DNA of 64,000 nucleotides, taken from positions 186,001-250,000 of the IMG/VR virus record IMGVR_UViG_3300050821_009835; one strand, 5' to 3'. Under the pieces are notes generated by a model. The model was not told the DNA's origin and did no database searches. It saw only the letters and a program-made list of their open reading frames with translations. Below, in pieces: positions 37,565 to 46,501 of this stretch. Positions within the stretch are counted from its first letter, which is position 1. Each line of letters starts with the position of its first letter. The translations under genes and the position numbers were made by a program.

Positions 37565-40500
37565 GTGATTACAGTACTTGACAACACCACATGGGCGCAA
37601 GCAGATTTGGATGGAAATTCTGCTTTCATAGAAGTCATCGGTCCTGGCAGCCCACCTCAGGAATCCCTCTTTGTTGTTTCTAACAATCGTGCTGATAATT
37701 CCTTCATCATTCTTGAATCCTCCCTTGGAGCAGGTTCCCCTCCTGTGGAACTCTTAGGGAGTTCTTTTACAGTCGTAGCAGAGTATGTTTTTCCCTATGC
37801 TGCTGGCACCCCGCCATTTCCTAATCAAGAATTTGCCCCGTGTGTAGCTTATGATCCGATAGCAGGTGTGATTCATATTGTTGGTCTAAGAAACAATTTG
37901 ACCAACCCGCGCTTTTTTGATTTTATCAAATTCCAGTACAACGTCGCAACAGGAGTCCTAACCGGGCCAACTGTGTTAGCAACAACTTCTCTTATCCGAT
38001 CAGGCTACGACATCATCGTATTAGGTAACAGCGACACTGTCATTGGTGTTATTCTAACGGATGCGACCACGATAGGCTCACCCCCAGAAATGCCGGGCCA
38101 GAGTTTAGTGATTTTCGAGTTGGACCCAAATGACAATCTGGTTTCTGTTACTCAGTTGCTGAATTCTCCAGACAATTCGTCCAGTACTGCGTCCTTGATA
38201 ACTTATAATTCTCTGTCATTGGCTTCTCCTGATGGCGTTAATGTAGAGTTATACTGGGAGCAACACCCGCGTTTGATTACGTTTAAAGATCAGCTGTTTC
38301 AGATTTTTTTCGCTCTACGTAGCGGCGGTGTTTGGAATCTCCCTGGGAATCCGATTGAATCCTTTGTTGGGCGTTATTCCGATGATCGTCTCACGGTTCT
38401 CCAAGATACACAAGGAGGACGTTACCTAGCACAAATATTTTATACGCAAACTAACATCCCAGAAGGTATCACTGGGAATTTGCTGCTCGGTTATTTGCAA
38501 GGCGGGGGATCTTGGATATTTCAAATTGTGAAGGGTTCGCTAAACGGTTCAATTGTAGAAGCTACTCTGTCTCTTGATCAAGCTGGTAATGTATTCGTTG
38601 CTTATTTGATAGAGGACCTTCTCACAGGTCAAGTGGGTGGTCCCACTTACCCGATGCAATTAGCATCGGTGAATCTGGCCAACCTCGCCGTAACTAATCT
38701 CCCTGGGTGGTACAACAATCACAATTTTACTTGGCTTCGAGGCACTAAATCGATCGTTGACGATTTGTCCATGTGGGCTGTTGTGGCAGAAGAGCAAGTT
38801 GGTGGGAGTCCGACTATTGATACCCCGAGCTATCTCTCGGGCATCCATACTCCTCCCGTGGCTGTATTGTCCCCAGCTTCAGTGGTCGTAGAACGTGGGA
38901 CTCCACAATTCTTTGATGCTAGTGCATCCTACGATACTACCGAAGACCCGATTACTTACAATTGGTCAGAAACTAGCCCAGATTTGGTAGATGTAACTCT
39001 TGCACCCAATGGGGATACGGCCATTCTGAATGTCGCTCGCGCTATTGGTGGCGGGCAGCGCATTTTTGACGTTACAGTAGAAGAGACGACTTCTTATTAC
39101 CCAACCCCCGAAAACGGATCTATAGCATCCTCACTGGTTACTGTCCCATTTGACCCGCCGTCTTATGTCGAGTTTCTGGGTCTTGCATTTTTGGGGTCTC
39201 CTCCGATACCAACAATCTATGCCGCTAGAAATACAAGTGTTACAATTACACCAACGTATTTTCCAGAACCCCCGAATGCGGATGCCCTGATGTCCTACAC
39301 TTGGACACAAACGATGGGGGATATGGTTGAACCTTTGAGTTTTTCAACGCCGACTTTTACTTTCCCAACCAATGGGTTGTCGGTGAATGGGGAAACCCTG
39401 ATGTTCACTGTTCAAGTCAATGATGGGGTTACAACCACATGGAGTTCTGCCACAAACTATTCTATTGGAGACTCAGCAATTTACAACAACGCTGTTTACA
39501 CAGCTCAAGAAGCTAACACGAATGTTTTGCCTCCTAACTCTCCTACAGTTTGGTCGTTCATTGGTTTTAATCTAGCCACTGTTCAGGTGATTGTTGCCTC
39601 ATACGAAGAACAGAATCCCTCGTATATCCCTAATACACTTCGATTAGCTCGTGCTATATGGCAAACTGGAGGTTCTCCGCCATCTAATGCTACTATCAGT
39701 CAACGTAACTCACTGGTGCCCTCCTACAGTTCTTTAAGTGTCTCCGGGGTTTGGTCTAATTTACAGAATATCAAGCGTATTTCTGTCATTAGTGGGCAAA
39801 ATCGGGAACTCATTATTTCGCCTGCGTCAGCGTTGGTGTATGGTGGGGTAGCGCCGAATGTAGTACTGCTTACGCGCTGCCTAACGCCGCTAGGTACCCC
39901 AATTCTGGATGCTTTTCACACAGAACAAGATTACACTCTTGTATTGACGTTGGACGGGAATCCAGCAACATACAAAATCTATCGCTATATGACAGCCTAC
40001 CATGTTGATACAGATAACCCGGACGCTTTTATAGATCTGTCAACTATCGTGCCAGAAATGGCCTTTAATACGATAACAGCTACAATTGTTTACAACAACG
40101 TTCGTGTTATTGCTTTATCTGGCCTAAATGGATGTTTGTTGCTTCAAGTAAACTCTCAAACTCTTACCCCTGAAGGTTTTACGGTGTTTTCTGTAGAGTC
40201 CAAAAGGCTCTACGGTGCGGATAATGTTCAATGGGTTCGTATGGCGAATGTAGAAAGCGTCAATTCTGGTTTGATTCTAATCGGCAGCATTCAAATAGTA
40301 GGTAACCCACCTGTAAGCAGCACTTATGAAACGTTTTATGATCTCCCATCGGGAACTATTTTGGGTGTTTGGGACAAGACTAAATTAGTGAATCAAATTG
40401 TGAATACAGGTGAAATCCTCTTTGAGGCGATTTCTACGTATGGTGGTTTTCCTGCTACTCCTACTATGGGTGTTCCTACTCTTATTGATGGAGTGGTAAC

Positions 40501-40639
40501 TCTATCTTGGTCTGAAGTAAACCCAAGTTCTATTGATGGATATGAGATCTTCTATTCAAGTGACGGCGTTTCGTATTCCAGCTTTCAAGTAGGCTCGGGA
40601 GCCATTCAGTCCATTCAAATCCCATTGTCGCAACTATGA
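37565..40639 (+). CDS. Large virion-type protein with PKD/Ig-like domains, a CBM5/12-like module and a truncated C-terminal FN3
   Basis: FDASASYD...ITYNWS (PKD), WSSATNYSIGD...YNNAVYTA...PTVW (CBM5/12-like) and VTLSW...GYEIFYS (FN3 N-half). Confidence 0.6.
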   Translation: MITVLDNTTWAQADLDGNSAFIEVIGPGSPPQESLFVVSNNRADNSFIILESSLGAGSPPVELLGSSFTVVAEYVFPYAAGTPPFPNQEFAPCVAYDPIAGVIHIVGLRNNLTNPRFFDFIKFQYNVATGVLTGPTVLATTSLIRSGYDIIVLGNSDTVIGVILTDATTIGSPPEMPGQSLVIFELDPNDNLVSVTQLLNSPDNSSSTASLITYNSLSLASPDGVNVELYWEQHPRLITFKDQLFQIFFALRSGGVWNLPGNPIESFVGRYSDDRLTVLQDTQGGRYLAQIFYTQTNIPEGITGNLLLGYLQGGGSWIFQIVKGSLNGSIVEATLSLDQAGNVFVAYLIEDLLTGQVGGPTYPMQLASVNLANLAVTNLPGWYNNHNFTWLRGTKSIVDDLSMWAVVAEEQVGGSPTIDTPSYLSGIHTPPVAVLSPASVVVERGTPQFFDASASYDTTEDPITYNWSETSPDLVDVTLAPNGDTAILNVARAIGGGQRIFDVTVEETTSYYPTPENGSIASSLVTVPFDPPSYVEFLGLAFLGSPPIPTIYAARNTSVTITPTYFPEPPNADALMSYTWTQTMGDMVEPLSFSTPTFTFPTNGLSVNGETLMFTVQVNDGVTTTWSSATNYSIGDSAIYNNAVYTAQEANTNVLPPNSPTVWSFIGFNLATVQVIVASYEEQNPSYIPNTLRLARAIWQTGGSPPSNATISQRNSLVPSYSSLSVSGVWSNLQNIKRISVISGQNRELIISPASALVYGGVAPNVVLLTRCLTPLGTPILDAFHTEQDYTLVLTLDGNPATYKIYRYMTAYHVDTDNPDAFIDLSTIVPEMAFNTITATIVYNNVRVIALSGLNGCLLLQVNSQTLTPEGFTVFSVESKRLYGADNVQWVRMANVESVNSGLILIGSIQIVGNPPVSSTYETFYDLPSGTILGVWDKTKLVNQIVNTGEILFEAISTYGGFPATPTMGVPTLIDGVVTLSWSEVNPSSIDGYEIFYSSDGVSYSSFQVGSGAIQSIQIPLSQL

Positions 40640-41629
40640 TTGTGGAAGTAATGTTACAATGTTAGACGGAAGTGAAGTACCGTCTCCATTGCTGGCAGTC
40701 ATGTAAAATTGAAACAGAATCCCGGAGAGAGCCTGCTGAGCTTCGAGATGGCTTTGAGCGTAGTATATATTTGCTGGATTATACGCAATTTCTATGTACG
40801 ACTCTGGAATTTCAAACGCATCACACCCGTTAGCCCGTGCAAATGGTAGAATTACTAATGGATCCGTGATTGTGTCAGGATTTTGCAGTTGTAGGAAATG
40901 ATAGACATCGGGGTATGCTGCAAAAAGGCTTACCCAATCACCGCTGGATTGACCCTGTGTGTCTCCTCCACTAGCCGAGTCGTTTCCGATTCCTAAACCC
41001 GCGTTTGCAAAAATTTGTCCTGTTCCATAGGTAATTGCATTTGAAATGCAATTGCTCACGTTGTAGCATATTTGTATAGAAGAATTTAGACTCTTTACGA
41101 ATGCTGCAAGATTGGTTAAATAAGCCTGTACCCCCGGTATTCCTCCCCAAGCCGAGGGATTATTTAAGTAGCATGGTGGGCAGGATAAATCCCCTTGAAA
41201 GGGGCCAACCCTGACATAAAGTACGTTGTTGGCATAGTTTGATGCTTCGAGATGAGTGATTAATGCTTGGATGAACGCTTCTTCTCTGGCAACAAAGAAT
41301 GGAGATACAGTAATGGGCAATGGTTGTGGGTAGGCAGGGCACGCTATGGAAGGCGTCCCGGATACTACATATGCTGGGGTTGCCGTATTAGGTCCTGGAG
41401 TCGGGGAGAGGCCAGAACTTCCCGCTAAAGTGACTATAATGGCAACATTTTTGCCTATACTGGTAAATGGAGCATTCATTGCATCGAGAGCTGACCAATT
41501 GTAAACTCCTTCGCTGGTTTCTATTTGCGCCCAGTTGATCCGGGTTGCAAATGTGGAGATATGTGGTACAATATATTCCCAGAATGCTGGAGTGTCCGGG
41601 TTGAAACTGCTTACGATAGTCATGCCCAT
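40634..41629 (-). CDS. Glycoside-hydrolase-like TIM-barrel protein (GH42/GH-A-like) with an FN3 F-G strand tail
   Basis: RINWAQIETSEGVYNWSALD motif; own RBS; C-terminal FQFYMTASNGDGTSLPSNIV. Confidence 0.6.
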   Translation of the reverse strand: MGMTIVSSFNPDTPAFWEYIVPHISTFATRINWAQIETSEGVYNWSALDAMNAPFTSIGKNVAIIVTLAGSSGLSPTPGPNTATPAYVVSGTPSIACPAYPQPLPITVSPFFVAREEAFIQALITHLEASNYANNVLYVRVGPFQGDLSCPPCYLNNPSAWGGIPGVQAYLTNLAAFVKSLNSSIQICYNVSNCISNAITYGTGQIFANAGLGIGNDSASGGDTQGQSSGDWVSLFAAYPDVYHFLQLQNPDTITDPLVILPFARANGCDAFEIPESYIEIAYNPANIYYAQSHLEAQQALSGILFQFYMTASNGDGTSLPSNIVTLLPQS

Positions 41630-41683
41630 ACGTATTCTCTTCCTGTAAAGTAGTATTAAATTGGATTAAAGGAGGATCTGAAA

Positions 41684-41857
41684 GTGAGTCTCTGTCCAGA
41701 TTATTGCGATTGTCGCCAATGTAAACATGGTACCCCTGCATGCGAACCATGTAAAGACTGTCGTCAGGAAAGAGAAGTTGCCCAACATCAAATCGATCAT
41801 CAGCATAGTGTAGAACGACAACGAGCAAGAATCAAGAAAGCGCCTTGGAGAGAATGA
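41684..41857 (+). CDS. Small Cys-rich protein (57 aa)
   Basis: AAGGAGG RBS and GTG start: MSLCPDYCDCRQCKHGTPACEPCKDC. Confidence 0.55.
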   Translation: MSLCPDYCDCRQCKHGTPACEPCKDCRQEREVAQHQIDHQHSVERQRARIKKAPWRE

Positions 41858-41858
41858 A

Positions 41859-42872
41859 GTGCTCTTAAGTAAAAATGATCTCCTCAAAACTCTGCGTTCT
41901 CTCAGTGAATTTGATACTAACGCCAGCCCGTTTGTCGCCGTTCAGCTAGTGGAGAACAGTCTCCCACGCTTCTTTCGTTCCTCCATAAATGGCCAAATCA
42001 TGTCCTCGGATTTTGATTTACTAAAAACAGGCAACACTTATGTTTCGCTGTCACATTTTAAGGATTGTCTCAAGGTACTACCAGAAGAGAAGATCGAATT
42101 ATCACTGGATCCTAACGGTATTTTGAAGATTTCCTCCTTGGACAACACTTTTGACTCAGAGATTCGTGTGCACACAGTCCCGGTGACTCAGGCAGGTCTC
42201 AAAGCACATGATTTGGGCGGCGTGGCAACCCGGCTTGGTGCGAATACATTCTTGGGTTGTGACACATCTCCTTTTGCGGCAGCCTCCCCGCCTATGCTGG
42301 TTAACGGGCGACTCTTTATTTCCACTAAATTCGGCGCAGTAATGTGGAATGGTCCAGATTGGCTCCGCGCTGTTCAATTGCAGCCGCGTGAACCATTTCT
42401 AAAGCTGATCACGGGAAATTCGGCTGTTGAAGATTTGTTTCTCACTGAGAAGGGTTATTGGGGAACGGCGATTGCGGGCATGGTCATTTTTAGTTACGGT
42501 CATCTGCTCGGTAGAGAACTTTTCGACGCCTATGCTGCCCCTGGTGTGGAGCTAACGCGGTTCCCAGCTGCTCGTCTTGTTCAAGCGTTGCACGCCGCAG
42601 CAGGACTTTGCGATGATCAAGACAAAGTCGAGATTCGACCTAAAGAAGGCATTGTGGTGCGTGATAAATTCGGCAATGATTCTAGGTTTTCACTAGGCGG
42701 TAGTGATGGGTGGCAAAAATTTACGGCTTTTGGGAGAACGATGAAGACGATTGCCGATGCGCTTTCTCAAGCGGCGGATGAAGAAGCGGTATTACTGGAT
42801 ATACCCAGCTTTACAAATCCGACCAAGCGACTTCAACGCGGACCATGGTCTGTGAGTTTTAAAACATTATGA
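41859..42872 (+). CDS. Probable sliding clamp (DnaN-like), divergent
   Basis: 337 aa. VSLSHFKDCLKVLPEEKIELSL...LKIS and FPAARLVQAL..AAGL resemble beta-clamp repeats; replication gene context. Confidence 0.45.
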   Translation: MLLSKNDLLKTLRSLSEFDTNASPFVAVQLVENSLPRFFRSSINGQIMSSDFDLLKTGNTYVSLSHFKDCLKVLPEEKIELSLDPNGILKISSLDNTFDSEIRVHTVPVTQAGLKAHDLGGVATRLGANTFLGCDTSPFAAASPPMLVNGRLFISTKFGAVMWNGPDWLRAVQLQPREPFLKLITGNSAVEDLFLTEKGYWGTAIAGMVIFSYGHLLGRELFDAYAAPGVELTRFPAARLVQALHAAAGLCDDQDKVEIRPKEGIVVRDKFGNDSRFSLGGSDGWQKFTAFGRTMKTIADALSQAADEEAVLLDIPSFTNPTKRLQRGPWSVSFKTL

Positions 42873-43138
42873 TCGTTGCAATTATCTGCCCGAAATGCAA
42901 GGAAATGATCACGGAAACTTATCCGCATCCGCTGAACATGCCGTGCTTCGTATGCCGAGAATGTAGGCTGATTCTCGAGCCGCCGAATGGGATGAGAGAA
43001 GAGATATCTACAACACCCCTGGAAGGTGGAAGCATTCTTCCGTCTCGATTACCTTGGGATGATGGACGGGCCAGAGAAAAGAATTGGATAGGAAGTAAAG
43101 CATGGAAAGATTGGAAACACTCTCAATCTGCTAGATAG
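42869..43138 (+). CDS. Zinc-ribbon protein
   Basis: CPKC...CFVCREC. Confidence 0.5.
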   Translation: MIVAIICPKCKEMITETYPHPLNMPCFVCRECRLILEPPNGMREEISTTPLEGGSILPSRLPWDDGRAREKNWIGSKAWKDWKHSQSAR

Positions 43139-43509
43139 TGAGTATTACAAGGAGAGGAGATCTTATGGCTAGAGTTGATGATAATCCAAGCGGTATCGTT
43201 TTTGATGACGCAGGTCCAGGAGCAGGTTTAAAAGCACCAGGAGTCCCGAAATCTGCTGATAAAATTGCTCAAGTAGCAGCAAAGGCAAAGAAGACGCCAG
43301 GAACGCAAGCTCAAGCTGCAAAGCCTGTTGCACCCGTAAAACTCAAGAAGGGCACCCCGCAAGTCAAGGTAATTACAGCAGAGCGTTATAAGATGCAGGA
43401 CAGCATTAATGCTGCCTTAGTTGAACTTGGAACCGGGGATGTTGTGGCTATTGCTGCTTCGGGTGCGGTTCAAAACGCTTACGAAGTTGTTATCCAATAC
43501 GTGGTTTAA
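43138..43509 (+). CDS. Hypothetical protein (likely start ATG 43167)
   Basis: AGGAG RBS before the internal ATG. Confidence 0.5.
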   Translation: MSITRRGDLMARVDDNPSGIVFDDAGPGAGLKAPGVPKSADKIAQVAAKAKKTPGTQAQAAKPVAPVKLKKGTPQVKVITAERYKMQDSINAALVELGTGDVVAIAASGAVQNAYEVVIQYVV

Positions 43510-43521
43510 TTATCGATAACA

Positions 43522-44214
43522 ATGGATGAAGTTCTCAGCCATCGTGTGGGTGCTTACTCTCACTTTTTTGGACGCCTCGAGCACCAAATAGACGCTGAGA
43601 AAAACCTTATCACACGTCTTAAAATTAAAATATCCACACTTGAATCTGAGAAAGCTCAACTAGTAAAAGCAGTGGGGCTGCTCGATAGGGCCATTGCCAT
43701 TATCAGTGCCAATGGTATAGGTAAAATTGAATCTATCGTGACAGCAGGATTGCAACTAGTCTTTCATGATCCGCAGATGGGTTTGATCGTGGAGAAGACA
43801 GAAGGTAAACGCGGCAACTCTTTTCGGCTTCTCGTACGGCAGGGCGCGGTAAAGGGCGATCCTCTTGATAGTAGTTCTGGAGGAGTGGCGAACGTGATTG
43901 CTTTCCTTCTCCGTGTTATTCTTATTAAGAGATTCAAATTGTGTCAGCTTATTGTTTTGGATGAAACCTTTAACAACGTAAGTTCTGAATTTCAACCAAG
44001 CGTTAGTCAACTTCTTCACGAGATGTGTGATAAGTACAAATTTACCATCTTCGCTGTAACTCATTCCCCACGTTTGATACGAGAAGCTGATGCGGTTTAC
44101 CGCGCTTCTAGAACTGAAAATCCAGATGGCACTCGTCAGCCCCCAGTATTGAAGAATATTGAGGGTGCGGAATTAGAGACTTTAAAGCAGTCTCAGGAAA
44201 CTGAGGTCATCTAG
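43522..44214 (+). CDS. SbcC/Rad50 (gp46-like) ABC-ATPase, C-terminal half
   Basis: Coiled coil, then SSGG signature, LIVLDETF (Walker B) and AVTH (H-loop); no Walker A. Confidence 0.8.
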   Translation: MDEVLSHRVGAYSHFFGRLEHQIDAEKNLITRLKIKISTLESEKAQLVKAVGLLDRAIAIISANGIGKIESIVTAGLQLVFHDPQMGLIVEKTEGKRGNSFRLLVRQGAVKGDPLDSSSGGVANVIAFLLRVILIKRFKLCQLIVLDETFNNVSSEFQPSVSQLLHEMCDKYKFTIFAVTHSPRLIREADAVYRASRTENPDGTRQPPVLKNIEGAELETLKQSQETEVI

Positions 44215-44220
44215 GTCCAA

Positions 44221-44667
44221 GTGAAACTCAGATCACTGGAAGAAATTGTTGCTAAGTTCAAAGAAGTAGTGCATCGTCATCGTCGTCGCTATCTCCAGCG
44301 TAACTTGCGCCCGTGCCCGCTCAATTGCAAGGCTGCTGAAATCGGGACTGGTCATAAAGTTCTGGGATGTGAAAGCTGTGGCTCCACCAATCCAGATCGT
44401 TGTTATGCTCTTGACAAGTTCGTCCCAATTCTCAATAAAGAAGAATGTGTTAAGCAATTTCGTGAGGATTTGAAGAACCCAGATGTTCTTCTTCGCGATT
44501 ATCGAGATATTGTATTTTTCTTATGGGTTTTGGGCGAGCCCATTGAAGGGAGAACAAATGAAAACGTTTTGCAGAAAGTAGAGGCGCAAAAGCTGGATGG
44601 AAATAAAGCCGCTCCAACTCTAGGGCATAGAATTATTCGAAGTAATCGCCCTATGGGAGTTGAATAG
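44221..44667 (+). CDS. Hypothetical Cys-rich protein
   Basis: CPLNC...CESC...C; 148 aa. Confidence 0.5.
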   Translation: MKLRSLEEIVAKFKEVVHRHRRRYLQRNLRPCPLNCKAAEIGTGHKVLGCESCGSTNPDRCYALDKFVPILNKEECVKQFREDLKNPDVLLRDYRDIVFFLWVLGEPIEGRTNENVLQKVEAQKLDGNKAAPTLGHRIIRSNRPMGVE

Positions 44668-45429
44668 ATGGCGTACAGCGACGAATGGTGGTTTTCGGTT
44701 CCTGAGTTGATTAAGAAAACACGAGAATTCTACACTAGAAACGCGGCCAAGAATCCAAACGCAGACCTGATTTCAGCAACCACACAAAAGATTATTGTCG
44801 CTCGTGAATGGCAACCCGCTCTTTCTCATATTCAAGAGAATTTTCCTCGGGTCTTAACAGAACTAGGCGTGTTTTATGTACCCAAGACTTATGAACCGGG
44901 TCCGATGTTTGTATTTCCAATTCGTGCTTTAGATGGAACATTTCCAAGAGCGCAAACTAAACCTTGCGAGGGCTCAGTTCTGTGGGGGCAGGGCAATTAT
45001 CATTGGATTGGGGAAAAGCTGGTCGGACCGAATTGGCTGGGCAATGATCCAGAGACCCTGAAGCGAATCATTGAACGCAAAGAAGCTACACTGGTGGAAG
45101 GCCCGTTTGATTTGTTGGCGTGCCGACTTCTCACACCAGATCTGCCAATCATGACCCCGCTAACTAAGAGTATTAGCGATAAGCATGAAGCCTACCTCCG
45201 TATGCTAGGAGTTGAAAAATTGAATCTGTTGTTTGATAACGAACGTCCAGATATTGAGAAAGGCAAAGATTTGGGCGGCGGTAATTTGAGTATGCGAGTA
45301 TTGAAGTACAAGATTAAGACCATGAATGTTGAGGTTAAACTTCTCAAAGGCAGCGATCCTTCTGCGGCACTAAAGACTGGGGCAGGAACTAATAACCTGT
45401 TATCTTTGCTCATGGGGAATGAATTATGA
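44668..45429 (+). CDS. DnaG-like primase catalytic (TOPRIM) protein lacking the Zn finger
   Basis: FVFPIR, ATLVEGPFDLLA, LLFDNE and DPS. Confidence 0.75.
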   Translation: MAYSDEWWFSVPELIKKTREFYTRNAAKNPNADLISATTQKIIVAREWQPALSHIQENFPRVLTELGVFYVPKTYEPGPMFVFPIRALDGTFPRAQTKPCEGSVLWGQGNYHWIGEKLVGPNWLGNDPETLKRIIERKEATLVEGPFDLLACRLLTPDLPIMTPLTKSISDKHEAYLRMLGVEKLNLLFDNERPDIEKGKDLGGGNLSMRVLKYKIKTMNVEVKLLKGSDPSAALKTGAGTNNLLSLLMGNEL

Positions 45430-45536
45430 AACTTTGGATGTGGATCTTTATGGCTGTATGGTTTATCGGAGGCTTACTCCTCTGTTCTCGAAAACCAACA
45501 ACATCCGAAGGTCGCCCCCTACCTCCTTTTGCTTAA
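45426..45536 (+). CDS. Small single-TM protein (36 aa)
   Basis: MKLWMWIFMAVWFIGGLLLC; overlaps the upstream stop. Confidence 0.4.
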   Translation: MKLWMWIFMAVWFIGGLLLCSRKPTTSEGRPLPPFA

Positions 45537-45572
45537 TCCTGTAGCATTGGAAATCCCAGTATTGAGGACATT

Positions 45573-45791
45573 ATGACTACTGCTAAGGCGGTCGCGGTCA
45601 ACACTCGGTTTGGCCTTGTGGAACGAGACTTAACCGAAAAGGAGAAATCGGAGCCCAATTTACCGGAGGGGCTATTCGTTAGACTTCAAAGCGTTGGTTT
45701 TTACGGAATTAAAGATGCAGGCTTTCTCCAGGGGGAAAATGTTTACGTTCCTGCGGAGCTTGTTCGTCAGTCAATTCTCTTCATACGTTAA
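45573..45791 (+). CDS. Hypothetical protein
   Basis: GAGGA RBS; 72 aa. Confidence 0.5.
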   Translation: MTTAKAVAVNTRFGLVERDLTEKEKSEPNLPEGLFVRLQSVGFYGIKDAGFLQGENVYVPAELVRQSILFIR

Positions 45792-45801
45792 AAGGATTCC
45801 T

Positions 45802-46014
45802 ATGTCGAAATCGTGTTTGCATCGAAAGCTAGTGATTTTAACTCCATTTGGTTGGTTTGAACGAGATTTGGAAAATTCGAAGGATTCCGGTACTAGTCCT
45901 GAGAATCTTCTTAAAATCTATCGTAAGAACGGCGTCTGGGGGAATATGCCTCATTCTGGACAAGTAGTGTGGCTGGCGCCAGAGATGGTGACTAACGCGA
46001 CATTTCAGAGCTGA
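45802..46014 (+). CDS. Hypothetical protein
   Basis: AAGGA RBS before ATG 45802. Confidence 0.45.
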   Translation: MSKSCLHRKLVILTPFGWFERDLENSKDSGTSPENLLKIYRKNGVWGNMPHSGQVVWLAPEMVTNATFQS

Positions 46015-46022
46015 GGAAATGC

Positions 46023-46223
46023 ATGACGAGCAGTCCCATTGTAGCTTGTGGTTTTGGCCTCGGGTTAGGAATTATTGCGGGAACTGGAACTGGCGTAGGC
46101 TTGCACTATTTCTCTGTTTGGAATAATTCTGGTCAGGCGGAAGTAATCGGCTTAGTGATGGGAATTGGGGTTGCTCTCACAATCAGTAGCTGGGTTTATT
46201 CAACACTTAAGGGTGACAGATGA
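46023..46223 (+). CDS. Small two-TM membrane protein
   Basis: Two Gly-rich hydrophobic segments. Confidence 0.5.
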   Translation: MTSSPIVACGFGLGLGIIAGTGTGVGLHYFSVWNNSGQAEVIGLVMGIGVALTISSWVYSTLKGDR

Positions 46224-46501
46224 GAGTAGAGCTTGAATCTGCAAACCAGGCATACGGTGAGCATCGAGACTCTTGTTATCTTTGCGGCGCTGTCGATCTC
46301 CAGATGCGGCCTACCGAAATTTCTAGATGCCCAGAGGGTCAAAAACTGGTTCGGTCAGCGGCTCAAGAGAGTCGCATAAAAGGTTGGAAACTCAAAATCA
46401 CCTCAGAAGATCTGTTGTTTTTGGAGCAAGTAGGTATTGAAAATGGCATTGTCCACCCACAAATCGGAAGTCGTGCCATTCGTGATGGAGAAGCATCCTG
46501 A
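46220..46501 (+). CDS. Hypothetical protein
   Basis: 93 aa with CYLC...C. Confidence 0.45.
   Translation: MRVELESANQAYGEHRDSCYLCGAVDLQMRPTEISRCPEGQKLVRSAAQESRIKGWKLKITSEDLLFLEQVGIENGIVHPQIGSRAIRDGEAS

Noticed and set aside
40634-41629. Mu-G-like inversion of the whole GH gene
   Set aside because: No inverted repeats at its ends, and the gene has its own RBS. Only the 93-bp tail-swap model was kept.
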